A DNA stretch of 63,285 nucleotides, filler included, from Olpidium bornovanus S191 (Eukaryota; Fungi; Olpidiomycota), in NCBI GenBank assembly GCA_017911155.1. It is 27 parts of 27 records of this genome, joined end to end, with 100 filler letters (N's around TTAATTAATTAA, not from the genome) between each part and the next. Parts side by side here need not be neighbours in the genome. Positions count along the whole stretch, not along the records: positions 46,532 to 48,510 come from JAEFCI010011745.1; positions 48,611 to 51,224 come from JAEFCI010006447.1; positions 51,325 to 53,805 come from JAEFCI010001709.1; positions 53,906 to 55,348 come from JAEFCI010004150.1; positions 55,449 to 58,927 come from JAEFCI010006202.1; 22 more parts are not named here. The stretch is one strand, 5' to 3'. Shown one piece after another: positions 47,435-59,027 of the stretch. Made by a program: the position numbers and the translations under genes. Every line of letters begins with the position of its first letter. The first letter of the stretch is position 1. The notes beneath the pieces are model-generated. The model was not told the DNA's origin and made no database searches. It worked only from the letters and a program-made list of their open reading frames with translations.

Positions 47435-47527
47435 GGTCGCGGGGGTCGGACGGGGTCGGCGGGGAGAAACGGCAGCGAGGAGGGGGGGGGGGGGGGGGGG
47501 GGGAAGGGACGGACGGGCGGTCGGCCC

Positions 47528-47533
47528 TTTATA
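47528..47533 (-). promoter_or_regulatory. Candidate TATA box of the carboxypeptidase gene
   Basis: TATAAA in a very GC-rich context, about 95 nt upstream of the ATG at 47434. Confidence 0.4.
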
Positions 47534-48610
47534 GCGGGCGGAGGGAGAGGGCGGGATGGGGAGCGCGGGGTGTGGCAGGACAGGAGTGGGAGGGCGAAAC
47601 TGGGGAAGCGGGCGGTTTTGGCCCTTTCACCCCCCGCTCCCGCTCCCGCTCCCCTCTCCCCCTCGCTTCCCCCGGCCCGTTTTGAGCATAATGACGACGC
47701 GTTGTCTAGCTTCGCTCTCTCTCTTTCTTTCTCATCTCTCTCTCTCTCTCCCTCTCACACTCTCGCACCCCTGCATTCCCGCTCCACCCTCTTCCCTTCC
47801 GTCTTCTCTTCCGCCAACATTAAAAAAAAACCGTTTATTTTCCTCTTATTTCGGCGCCGCTGAACCGAGAGAGAAGGCCGGAACGGAGAGGAGTGCGCAA
47901 CCCTCGTTTCCAAATTTAGATGCGTTTTGGCCTGCCGGGCCAGCGGGATCTGGCCAGGGCCGTCTCTTTCTTTCGAATTTTTTGTTTCTTCTTTGGTTTC
48001 TTTTGTTTCTTTCTTTCTTCTTTTTTTCTATTTGCCGACGGGAGGCGCCCGGGTCTTCCTCCGCGTGCAGCGCAATATTTTTCTGGCGTGGATACTTTTT
48101 AATCACCAGGTTGCGCCCGAATTAGCTTCAAATCCAGCAACCAGTCGGTCGCTTTTGACTTTACGGCGAAAGGCATATGTGATGCATTTTTTTTGTTTTT
48201 TTGCGGAAGAATATGTGGTGCTCGTTTTTTTTTTGTTCTTGTGGAAGGGGGGCAGGTAAGATAACGCGGAGCCGGGGACGGGCCGGGGGGGGGGGGGGGC
48301 GGTCCCTTGGAATTTGTTTTTTTTTTTGTTTTTTTTTTTGATTCCTTTGATTCACGGCTGGGCGCGTCGGAAGGTCGCTTCCTAACCCTTGCTCTAACCA
48401 TAACTCTAACGTCCCTCCCCGACGCGTGGAAGGAGGAAAAAGGCGCCGGGGTGAGGGGCCTGCTGGTGGATGACGAGCGAAGGTGGGCGTTGTGGGCCGG
48501 TGGGGGGGGGNNNNNNNNNNNNNNNNNNNNNNNNNNNNNNNNNNNNNNNNNNNNTTAATTAATTAANNNNNNNNNNNNNNNNNNNNNNNNNNNNNNNNNN
48601 NNNNNNNNNN

Positions 48611-48970
48611 CATGGTCGCAATTACGTGGGTGACATTTCATCACCAAATCCAGTCGTGACCTGATTGAAAAAGTCGAGGTCGACCTTTCAAGGAAGCTCA
48701 AATTGACGGAAAAACAAGACCTTGCCCTTATCCTTGGTATGAAACTACAACACGGGAAATGAGATGATTCCTGAACAACAGCTCTACCCAGAACAACTAG
48801 TAAAAAGGATCAACATGCGCAACTCTAATCCAGCAGTTACGCCCGTGGAAATGGGGCCAGTTGGCACACTCATGAGCCCGGCAGTCGGTGACGCTGTGTG
48901 GTGGCCGACGACGTCCGCCAATAACATGGAGGTGATAGGCTCACTGCTTTCGCTCGCAATGACTAAATTA
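48611..48970 (+). mobile_element. Decayed Ty1/copia reverse transcriptase fragment
   Basis: YVGD (from YVDD), then frameshifted FITKSSRDLIEKVEVDLSRKLKL...LILGMKL, QLYPEQLVKRINMRNSNPAVTPVE and VIGSLLSLAMT. Confidence 0.8.
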
Positions 48971-49597
48971 TCGAATGTTTGCAGTCGCCATTCTTGCTTG
49001 ATTCAATGCAAAGCAGGAAGCACGCCATTTGGTTGATGTCAAGAGGGTTTTGTAATACCTGGGGGGAACTGCAAATCATGGATTCGCCTGCGAGGGCCAA
49101 GGGGGGGAAGGGAGGGGGGGGGGGGTTGGCGAGCACGACTTTAACGGGGCTTACGGGAAACGAAGGGTGTAAAATGGAAACTGTCGACAATTTTATGATG
49201 TGTGATCCATGTGCTATTGAAAAACTCAACACAAACTTTAGAGAAGCGTGGTTGATTATGCGGCTCCTTTTTGGCTCTGAATTGGGCATCACAGTTTTCT
49301 GCAGCATGGGAGATGGAATGTGACCTGGAAGAAGAAAAAGATTCACACCTTGGGCCTGGCGGTGCGGTGGGACAAAGGGGAAGGCGGGTGTGGACGTAGC
49401 ACGGGAGGTGTGTACCTAGTTGCCAAGCAGCACGCTGCGTCACGTGACCTCCGGCCACACGCGCAAAAAAAAAAAAAAAAAAAAAAAAAAAACGCAAAAT
49501 CCGTCGTGTGTTTTAATTGCCAACCTGCCTTCACAGCCCAAAAGGCAAAAACCAATTAGCTCGTCCTGCCAGACCCAACCGGCCGTCAAAAAAAAAA

Positions 49598-49737
49598 TGA
49601 GCGAGCGAGAGAGCGAGAGAGCGAGAGAGCAAGAGAGAGCGAGAGAGCAAGAGAGAGCGAGAGATCGACAGAGCGAGCGAGCGAGGGAGCGAGAAACAGA
49701 GAAAGAAAGAGAGAGGAGAGAAGGCGCGCGCGCAAGA

Positions 49738-49779
<42 letters not shown>
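49598..49779. repeat. Compound (GA)n/(GAGC)n microsatellite
   Basis: Direct inspection. Confidence 0.9.
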
Positions 49780-50137
49780 TATGCCCTTCTCGGCCGTTCT
49801 AGACCGGCAAAAAAAAAGGTCACTCGAGAGTCCGTACCAAGTTGTATAATTTTTTGTTTTTTGTTCAGCCTGTCCCGAGAGGCGCGGAGGTCAAAAAATC
49901 TAAAAACCCTGTCGGGTGCTACGCGCGGCGCGGAGATTCAGAAAAGAGGAACCCGCACGAGAGGGAGGCGCGCGCGAGATGGGGCCCGGGGTAGGAACCC
50001 AGAAAGACTCTCCTAGCAGCGACTGACGACGCGCGACCGTCATCAGAAGCCTTGGGCGGGTGGGGGGCCTCCTCCCGTCCTGAAACGTTCGCGTGTGGAG
50101 ACGCCACACACACACACACACACACACACACCCGCCT

Positions 50138-51224
50138 TCACAGTTGCTCGGCGCCTGGCGTCGCAACCCCCTGCCTCGGCACTGCGGACGAGCCCGCCGC
50201 CGACGTCGCCGTGTCAGCCGAGAGTAACCTGTAGTGCTCAAGCCCGCAAGCGGGCCTATTCGACCGCGGGTGGCGGTACTTCCTCGGCTGAGTGCACCCT
50301 TCCACCGCGCAACTGGGTATTGGCGGCGGGGTTCTGCGGTGCCGCCATCGTTCGCAGACACGGCGGTGTGATGACGAAACGAAAAACGACCGGACGATGG
50401 ATGATATCCGTAAAACGCCGCGGATTTAAAACGGAGACGTGCCAAACGGGCCACGCGTTGAAAAGGATTGTCGGGTCAACGGCATCTTAGCGGCGGAAAA
50501 GATGAAGAGGCCCACCCGCGAAAAAAAAATCACGAGCGATATAATCTCAACCCACCGTCTTTTCCTAGAAAACAATCGCAAGGAAGCGACTTCTGTTCCT
50601 GGAGGAAGGGAGAGGGTGCATCCGCCAGCATTGCTGACAAGGAGGAGCTTTGTGGGCGGTGGTGGCGGCGGCAACGACTCTTTCTCCAGATTTGCATCCT
50701 AAAGCCCCACGCATTCAAGAAAGGGTGAGAAACACAGCGTACGCGACGATGAGAATCTGGAGTGCGGAGACGTGGCGTGAACATTGCGCTGAGGAAAGAA
50801 GAAAAAAAAACAAAACAGGGATATATCCCCCACCTCAACCACATCTTCTTTCGTCCGCTTGCCGGCCTGCTTCTTCAGAAGCTTGTTGATCGTTTCCTCC
50901 TTTTCCCTGTCCGCCTTCTTTTGCGAGTGAAACGCCCGCCGCCGAAGGACCTCTGATTTTTTCAACGCAGCTTCTTCGGCGGTCAATACACGCCTCCTTG
51001 ATTCTGTGTGTGGGGGGGGGGGGGGCCGAAAAAGAAAACAGATCAAGATCTGAGATGAATTGTCAACCCGCGCGCGCCCTGAAAAAACTGCGCCCTCGCT
51101 ACACGTCGTCATTTCCGACTCCGTTTGCAAATCTCGGTGTCTGTCTTTCTCTTTCTCTTTCTCTCTCTCTCACTCCCCGTCCCGGTTTTCTGCTGTTTAC
51201 CGGCGGTAGGGAGTTCAAGCATGA
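50138..51224 (-). CDS. IES2: INO80 complex subunit Ies2/INO80B (PAPA-1 domain + HIT-like zinc finger), 3' part
   Basis: Exon 51003-50834 LTAEEAALKKSEVLRRR...EKEETINKLLKKQA; next exon KLLLVSNAGGCTLSLP; last exon CAVEGCTQPRKYRHPRSNRPACGLEHYRLL, stop at 50138. Confidence 0.8.
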
Positions 51225-51559
51225 NNNNNNNNNNNNNNNNNNNNNNNNNNNNNNNNNNNNNNNNNNNNTTAATTAATTAANNNNNNNNNNNNNNNNNNNN
51301 NNNNNNNNNNNNNNNNNNNNNNNNCATGACAGCGCTGGAAAGCAACCGCGTCGGCAGACGCGCGATCAAGGGAACGACTCGGACGTTGTCCTGTACCTCC
51401 GCTCGTCGGCAGACAGGCATAAATAGCGTCCTCCCCGCTCTATAGTTTTTTCTTTATCAGTCACCATTTTTACAGCTTTCCGAAAGTACTTCATTCCTTA
51501 CTTTCTAGTGCGTCACCTTACCTGTAGCCCTCTCTCGGGCCTGACGTTGCAATACAAAG

Positions 51560-53220
51560 AGACTTGAACTTTGCCGAATCTTGCCGCAGTACAGTGGTCC
51601 CGCATGGTATTGGGTGATGAGGAGCTGGTCCCTTTTGTCAACGTCCGGTAGTTGCATGTAGATGCTATTAAAGGCATCGGTATAGGCAGTTGTGGAGCTA
51701 AACTTCGAGAAGTGGATTTTCAAAAGTTTCGCACGAAGTTTGTCAACGTAGTGAGGCGGGCAAAATCTTTCTTGCAATGCAGTATGCAATTGCAGCCAGC
51801 TTCTCCAACGGTTGGGTGAACCGGCCAGGCCCTTAGCATCTTGGGCTAACCACAATTTTTGCGCAACTTCTGTAACTTTTGGACAGCGTGGTCGAGTTTT
51901 ATCTCGTCTGCGACGATGCCCATGCTATGTCTGTCATACACATCAAACTTGGAGATAAATGCTTGCAAGTTGTCTATGCCGCCACTGCCGTCATACTTGG
52001 GGACGTCTTCTAGCAAGGGCTTAACCTGGTTCCAGCTGAGCTGGGAAGATCTGTTCTGTGCAGTTGGGCAGACGTTTAGTGAAGCAAGTGAGATTGCAGA
52101 ACATACGTTCTCCTCTTCGTCTGAGCGTGAGTTGCTTGTAAGTGTCTCCAATTCGGGTGGAGCCTGTGCACTTAGTGCAGGTTCATTTTGAGCTGTTGTG
52201 GCGCTTTTTTCTTCTTCCTGGGCAGTCAGAAGCAGGTTGACTCGGTCTTCAAGTGTGCTGTTCACTTGACCAGTGTATTTCTTTTCGTCCATGATGTGCT
52301 CTCCCATTTGGTCTCCCCGTTTGGCCTCTTTTGAGGCCGTCTCCCAACAAACATTGCCACGCGCAACAGCTGCGGCCGCTTCCGGATGCGTGTCACGGCG
52401 CGCAGCCACCTCGGCGAAAAGCTGGGTTGTCGATGGAGCACTTACCTTGTATTCTCCCTCTGGTTTCCCCGTTCGCTCGGGAGGAGGGTGACGTCCCGAG
52501 TCTTTCCTTGACGCTAGTCTTTCGCTTTTACGATCGCCCATGGTGGTGGCGAGAAGTGGCGAGAAGTGGTTGCGCTTCTGTGTAAAAAGAAGCGAGCGGG
52601 CTTCGCAGATGACGCTCCGGCGGGTCGCTGACGGCGGGTCTCAGGCGGGAGTGAGCCACGCAGGCTGGGTGGCGTCGGGTTGCGCGCGTTCACGGACGGC
52701 GGTTTGCGCGCGCCGCGGCGGCGGTGAGCGCAGCCGAAGCGCGGGGCGCGGCGACGACGAGGGCGGTGCGCGACCGCGGCGGAAGGCTTCCGGGATGAGT
52801 GCGGTCAGCGGGGCCGCAGCGGCGTTGAGCGCAGCGGCGGCGGTGGGCGGCGGCTGCGGCGTCACGCGCGAGAGCGAGCGCGGCGGAGCAGGCGAGAAGA
52901 TGGCGGCGTCGCGCGCGAAAAAGGGAGCTCGAAAATGGGGAGCTCGAAAATGGGGAGCTCGGAGATGACGGCGTCGCGCGCGAAAAGGGAGTTCGAAGAT
53001 GGGGAGCTCGGAGATGGCGCGAAAAGGCTCGGTCAGCGGAACCTTGCGCTCATAACCTGTTGTTTCGGCTTTTGTTTTTGGAAGAGCGGCGTTGTTTATT
53101 TTACTGCGCAGTGCACTGTGCCTTTTTTGGAGCTATCTCAATACTTACTTCCAACTCGTCGGCTCTTGGGCGGCGAGATGCCGGGGACGACTGGGTGGCC
53201 ACCGGAAATGCAGAAAAACA
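51560..53220 (-). mobile_element. Ty3/gypsy-type element 5' part: LTR (about 53220-53058), PBS (53057-53048), repetitive leader, frameshifted gag (from 52541)
   Basis: Gag VPKYDGS...LQAFISKF...DEIKLDHAVQKL, then after a frameshift AQKLW...SWLQLHTALQERFCPPHYVDKLRAKL. The LTR end has AATAAA and ...CAACA followed by GGTTATGAGC. Confidence 0.8.
52899..53030. repeat. Nested short tandem repeats (about 15-16-nt GGGAGCTCG(A/G)A(A/G)AT units inside two longer units)
   Basis: GATG(G/A)CGGCGTCGCGCGCGAAAAGGGAG occurs twice, with repeated GGGGAGCTCG units between the copies. Confidence 0.8.
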
Positions 53221-54856
53221 CCTCGCAGAGCATAAAAGGAGCGGAGCAGAAAAGAGAACCTCATCAAAGCCGGCATGCATGTTGGGATTCTAACCGAGAA
53301 TCAATGTCCCTGGCCGATGCCAGCAGCACAAAAGGCAAGATTTCTAATTGAGCAAAAATACGGTTCCAAGCTGCAAAAAAAAAGTAAAAAAAAAAAAAAA
53401 AATAAAATAAAAAAAAGCAGGGAAGGGTTCAAGCTTGCCTGGGGCAACGGTATGTTATTATTCCTCTATTTTGGCCACGATACTATGGTCGGCCGCGGTT
53501 GCGCCCTAAAACCGCAGTCATGATACACAGAGGAAATCTGGGGCATGTGCGCCGAACGCCCAACCACGTGCCCGGTGCTGGCCAAGGCTTCCCACCACGG
53601 AGCGGCACTACAAACAGTTGTATCTACGATTAAGTAAAAGTACGCGTACCTCAAGAAGTTCGCCGCCCGCCTTGCCTCGCCGGTATCATGGCCGTCTGCA
53701 GTACCGCGGACGAAACGTACAGTCCTCTGCACAAACTATCTACAGGACACTGCCTGAGGGAGCAAGAGGGGACAGGTGCAAAGAGAAGCGAGAAAACGAA
53801 AGAGANNNNNNNNNNNNNNNNNNNNNNNNNNNNNNNNNNNNNNNNNNNNTTAATTAATTAANNNNNNNNNNNNNNNNNNNNNNNNNNNNNNNNNNNNNNN
53901 NNNNNCATGCAAATTCATTTTTCCTGTTTTGCTTGCTGTTAGAATTGGGGGGCACCACCGGAGCTGTGATTTCAATGTCGTTCATTCACCGCAGTTTTTT
54001 ACCTGCTGTCAGGAGAGTGAGTGACCACTCTCCGGAAAAAAAAATAGAGCCGAAACAAAAAACGCCCCCCGCGGCGCGGTCGCCGCGTCGCGCTTGGACG
54101 CGGTGTTTTCCCGGCGCGTCGGGGGGGTCAGAGACAGGTCTCGAGGCCGAGGTGCGTCGCAACTATCGGGCTTGTTCCCTCCAGCCCCCCCGCCCCCCCC
54201 CCCAAACCATCCACCTTCGATTGAAAAGCCCCTACAACTGCAAAAAACAATAATCGGAATGGGTCATAAAAGCAGTGCCACTCGGCCGGCGGCAGTGGCC
54301 GATATCAACAAGTTGTTGATGTAAAACGGAAATTCACCGTGTCCTTGGTGTAAACAAGGCCGCAATTCATCTGGCAAAATGCTTCGCGCGCTTGCGCCGG
54401 GCCTGGCCCGTTCTGGCGCAGACGGCCGCGCTCTCTCCTCTCTCCCTCTCCTTGACGAACCGGTGGTATCCCGGCTTATTTTACGTGACATTTGAAATTA
54501 TTTGTCGTCGTGCTTTGGGTGGCAGAAGCTAACATGGGCACCGTTTTTCCATGCTGGGCGGTTCCCGAACTGGAATTTCGGAAAGCTATGTAGGGTGAAA
54601 TGGGCAAAAAGAATACCAGACACAGATTAGAGCAAAGGCGATTACTAACGAAATGGATGCAATACGTAATGCAGAGGAGAAAAGGCGTGAAGTATAAATA
54701 TGTATACCGATTGATAATAGCTCTCGAAGGCGGGAGGAACGGGGAACGGGTATATAAAAGATCCGCTTTACGAGCGCGGCCCGAAAAAAAAAGAAGAAAA
54801 ATAAATGGAGAAAATTCAGTGGCGCGCCGCAGGAGTGCACCGACTTCCGCAGATCC

Positions 54857-55348
54857 TCAATCGATCGTCCACCGCTTTGTCGGAGAAAAGTCGGCTTCTT
54901 CTAGCGGAATGTCAGAGACGGCGCTCAACGTTCTGGACGCGCTGCGGCCGCCCTTCCGTCGCGCTTCCCCTGGGGCCGGAAGATACAGCAACCGTGTTTA
55001 GTAAGAAAAAAATGGAAGACGACCCTTCCGCCCATGCGCCCGCCTCGCGCTCATTCTCCGCCGTGAACAAGCGCCGAGGCCTGAAACATACGGTGTGATA
55101 TTAGGCCCTTTCCGAAGTTCCTGAGAGCACGCCAGGACAGCATTATCGTGATTATGCTGAGCGCGATAGTGCAGCCCACTAATGGTACGGCAAGATATCA
55201 TAAATGAGCTTCAAAACCTGTTTTCTCAACATTCTCCGATTGTGAAATGCACAATCGCCCGGAGAAACCCTTACGGAAAAGGGTGATAAAGATCCTGAAC
55301 TTCTCGAACCGCGACTCCGTAAACGCGGAAACGAGCTTGTACAGCATG
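54857..55348 (-). CDS. Fungal multi-pass membrane protein, UPF0658-like, 3' part
   Basis: Spliced LYKLVSAF...FRIFITLFLGCTIALSIITIMLSWRALRNFGKGLISH...KRWTID*. The NFGKGL motif and the terminal RxTID resemble this family. Confidence 0.5.
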
Positions 55349-55448
55349 NNNNNNNNNNNNNNNNNNNNNNNNNNNNNNNNNNNNNNNNNNNNTTAATTAA
55401 TTAANNNNNNNNNNNNNNNNNNNNNNNNNNNNNNNNNNNNNNNNNNNN

Positions 55449-55708
55449 ACCATGAACTGATGCAGATGGCCGAGCGCGTGATTGCTGCGCCGATCGGCGG
55501 CCTGGTGCCGATACTCGGCGTGAGCGAAAGCGGAGCAGCCGCGGACAAGTCGGTCGACCGCCACGTGGAGCTCTACCTCGCCACCCGCCTGCTGGAGGCG
55601 CGGACGCGTCGAATGGAGGAGGAGGCCAGGATGGTAGAGGCCGAAACGAAACTTGTGCAGTTCCGCATGAAACTGGCCAAGTTGCGCGGCGAACCGCGGG
55701 CTGACTAG
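55449..55708 (+). CDS. Hypothetical protein, C-terminal coiled coil
   Basis: Open from the contig edge: RLLEARTRRMEEEARMVEAETKLVQFRMKLAKL*. Confidence 0.3.
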
Positions 55709-55841
55709 TGAAGGCCGCAAGAGCGCCGTTTGATTGCTCCAGCGAAGAAGGGATTTGGAACTGGCTGTGTTTTTCGCTCGCCGTCAGCATCCTTGACCAT
55801 CTTTCATTTTTCTTGTGCTTTTAGGAAACCCCGTTGTCCAG

Positions 55842-57960
55842 TGTAAAAGTAGGGTTTCTGTCTGCGCTGTCACGTGCCCCCCCCACTTTTTCCTCCCGCT
55901 CTTCTCTGTTTAGCTCGTCCCCACCGCAAACAAAACACAATGAAACGGAAAGAGACAAAGGCTCTCAGCGCGGCACACCACATCTGGTAGCAACGCCTAG
56001 CCTCCTGTTCAGCAACAGCACGTCCGGGGTCCGCAACTCGAGGAACTGCCCGCCGCCGCGTGAGACGCCGCCGCGGGAGAGAAGGGTTGGTTCGCCGAGA
56101 CGTTGAGCCCAGGAGGGGGGTTGACTCGGTGCGCGGGGAGGAGAGAAGAGAAGAGTTTGTTCTGCCCGCCGCCGCGTGATGCGCCGCCGCAGGAGGGAAG
56201 AGTTCGTTCTGCCCGCCGCCGCATTCTGCTGCCGCCGCACCGCCGCGGGAGGGAAGACTTCGCTCTGCCACCGCCCGCGGGAGAGAAGAGTTCGTTCTGC
56301 CCGCCGCCGCATTCTGCTCGCCGCCGCGCGGGAGGGAAGAGTTCGTTCTGCCCGGTGCCGCATTCTGCTCGCCGCCGCGCCGCCGTTGTTCTGCCCGCCG
56401 CCGCATTCTGCTCGCCGCCGCGCCGCCGTCGTTCTGCCCGCCGCCGCATTCTGCTCGCCGCCGAGCTGCCGTCGTTCTGCCCGCCGCCGCATCGTTCTGC
56501 TCCGTGAGGAATTCGCCGCCGCTTTCGCCCGCGGGAGAAAAGAGTCTGTCCGTCCGCGCGCCGCTGCGGGGGAGAAGAGTTTGTTCGCCCGGACTGTCCG
56601 CCGCCGCCGCGCGAGGAACTCGCCGCCGCTTTCTGCTAGCCGCCCGCAGGACACAAAGAGTTCGCTCCGCTCGCCGCCGCGCCACCGCGGGAGAAAAGCG
56701 TTTGTGAACTTGGAACTTGGAAGCATTTACGCAACACACTGTTTCTTTTGTCCCGGCCTGCCTTTACGAAGGAGGGGGGGCACCTGGCAAGTGCTTGCGC
56801 AATACTGCCAGGTTGCTTCCCCGGTCTCTGCGTATAGACCAACTCATCCTAGGTGCTCCTTTTTCCCGTGTCTGTGGCAACCATGCCACGCCGCACCTTC
56901 ACGGCAAACGCGCTGAGCCTACCTACGTTCGGTGGACGTCGTCGGGAGGACTTCCACGAGTTTAGGGAAGAGTTTCTCGCAGCGATTGAGGCGTCTCCAG
57001 ACTTTGGCCCCGAGGTCCTCCAGGCAATCAGCCAGGAGGGCGGGAAACGTTTCGGAATGCGTCAGTCCGCGTCCACCGCCGCTTCTCCAGCTGCCACCAC
57101 GCAGTCTAATTCCGAGGAGACTGCCCGGAAGGAGAAGCAAATTCTGGCCTACCTCCGAAGCGTTCTGGAGAAAGATTCCGCCACAGAATAAAAAGTATCT
57201 CCGCGAAGAGGGAGAACCTCCTCTTTAGTTTCTGTTTGGCACTACCTGGAAGTCCGTTTTGGCCGCAAGAAGAAAGACTCCTCGGCCCTTCGGCGTCTGC
57301 TCGATGTAGAATGGCGCGAGGGGGACCCCCTCAACCGCCTCGACCGCGTTCGTCGACGCGGGCTCGAGGCGAAGGAGCGGTAAGACTCAGCGCTCACCCT
57401 GGATGTCTTTGTCGGAGCTCTCAAGCTTCAGGTTCGCGTCGAGGAGACCGAACCAGCCACCCTTGAAGGCGTACTTGTCCGCCAAAAGCCTGGTAGAGGC
57501 TAGGGCACGTGCACGACGGTCCCGCGTACGCGATCGGCACGCCAAAATTTCTGATGACAACAGCGACAGCTCATTCTCCCTGCGATTATCTGACTCGGCC
57601 TCCTCGGACGCCACGAGTTCAGATGAGGACGAAGCTGAAGGGCCGTCACGTACCCCCCGTCGCCGCCCTGACCCCGCCAAAACCCAGAAGAAAAGTCGAG
57701 CTGCAGCATAGACACGGACGCCCACCTCAGGGAAGGCTACCTCGACCGATGCCGCACTGGAAACCGTCACCGAAGCGCTTCCCAGTATGACGCTACCTAT
57801 CTAGCAACCCACCGAGCAGATCCAACACCAGACCCAAGGCAAAGATCAAGTTTGTCAAGCGCTGTTGTATCTGGTGGACCAGGAACGGGCCCGTCAGCGC
57901 GCTCTGGCGCAGCGGGAGGGAGGATTTGCAGGCATCACTTGTTACAACTGCGCTGCAGCT
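55842..57960 (+). mobile_element. Decayed gypsy-like LTR element 5' part: LTR 55842-55982, tRNAiMet PBS 55985-55996, repeat-rich leader, gag from 56883
   Basis: TGT...ACA segment followed 2 nt later by TGGTAGCAACGC. Gag-like LPTFGGRRREDFHEFREEF, VWHYLEVRFG...ALRRLLDVEW and EPATLEGV with in-frame stops; remnant ITCYNC near 57945. Confidence 0.7.
56140..56700. repeat. Compound GC-rich minisatellite (GAAGAGTT(C/T)GTTCTGCCCGCCGCCGC and ATTCTGCTCGCCGCCGC modules)
   Basis: The two modules alternate many times with divergence. Confidence 0.85.
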
Positions 57961-59027
57961 CCCTGCGGGGCGATTGAGCGCCAGTTCTAGAGCATTATAT
58001 GAATCATTTTGAAAAAAATTAGTCTCACACCGATGATTTGTATTTGAAGCACTAGTGATATGGTCACCCAAAATTTCACATCGCCCTTGGTCGTCCCACA
58101 ACCCATTTTCAAATAGCCCTCAAATTTCCCCACCACTGCTGGTGATCAGGGAACATCCTCGGCCAGGTACGGCTGGCGGTACCGGCGGCTGGGTTCGGAA
58201 ATATTCCCGAACATTACAGTGTGCTGAAAATTTGCCAATAGTGGGCTTTTTGGGCGCCATCACACTGGGCCACTGTACGCACCAGCCATAGGTCTTGATC
58301 TCGACCTGGGTCACATGCCTGCGCAACAGGACACATTGCAAGCAGGCTTGATAACGTCACATGATCTGTGCTGCGGTCGCACCTGGTGGGCCCACCTGCC
58401 TTGGCGTAGTCGATATCATGACGCCACGTAGATCCTGCACAGCGGATGCACTTGGTGGGGCCGCTTGTCTTGGCACAGTGAGCTCGGCGCAACCATAATG
58501 TCACGTGACTCCTGCGCAAGGGCGCACTTGGTGTGGCCGCTTGTCTTGGCGCAAGGGTTGAGCTCGACGGTTGTATTAAAAAAAAATCAAACGAAAAACT
58601 GCAAAAAGCATTGCGAGAAGCACCGGTCGGCGGAAAACCAGAAGTCAACGATTGAATCTTAACATTTACGTCCGAAATTTCCAACGGTGACTAACCACTA
58701 ACCCTAAAAAGCTCGGGCAGCTGCTTGCTGTTGCTAATAAGTTTCTTTTTCTGCGTGCTCAGCAATTTTCCTGCCTTTCCAAAAAGCTCCCCTCCCCCTT
58801 TCCCAAGAAACAAAAAGATAACGTCCACACGCGAGCACCCGTTCAACTCGGGAGTATTTCCAGGTTGAGAGGGGAGCGGAGGAAGAAAACAACGTCCGGA
58901 CAGTTTCCGTACATTTTTTTTTTGGGGNNNNNNNNNNNNNNNNNNNNNNNNNNNNNNNNNNNNNNNNNNNNTTAATTAATTAANNNNNNNNNNNNNNNNN
59001 NNNNNNNNNNNNNNNNNNNNNNNNNNN

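Noticed and set aside
48380-48410. Degenerate CTAACC units (also near 58692-58707) as interstitial telomeric repeats
   Set aside because: Only 2-3 imperfect units; compatible with chance.
57960-58600. Possible pol or chromodomain remnants downstream of the gag in contig 25
   Set aside because: All frames are heavily interrupted and no diagnostic motif is recognisable.
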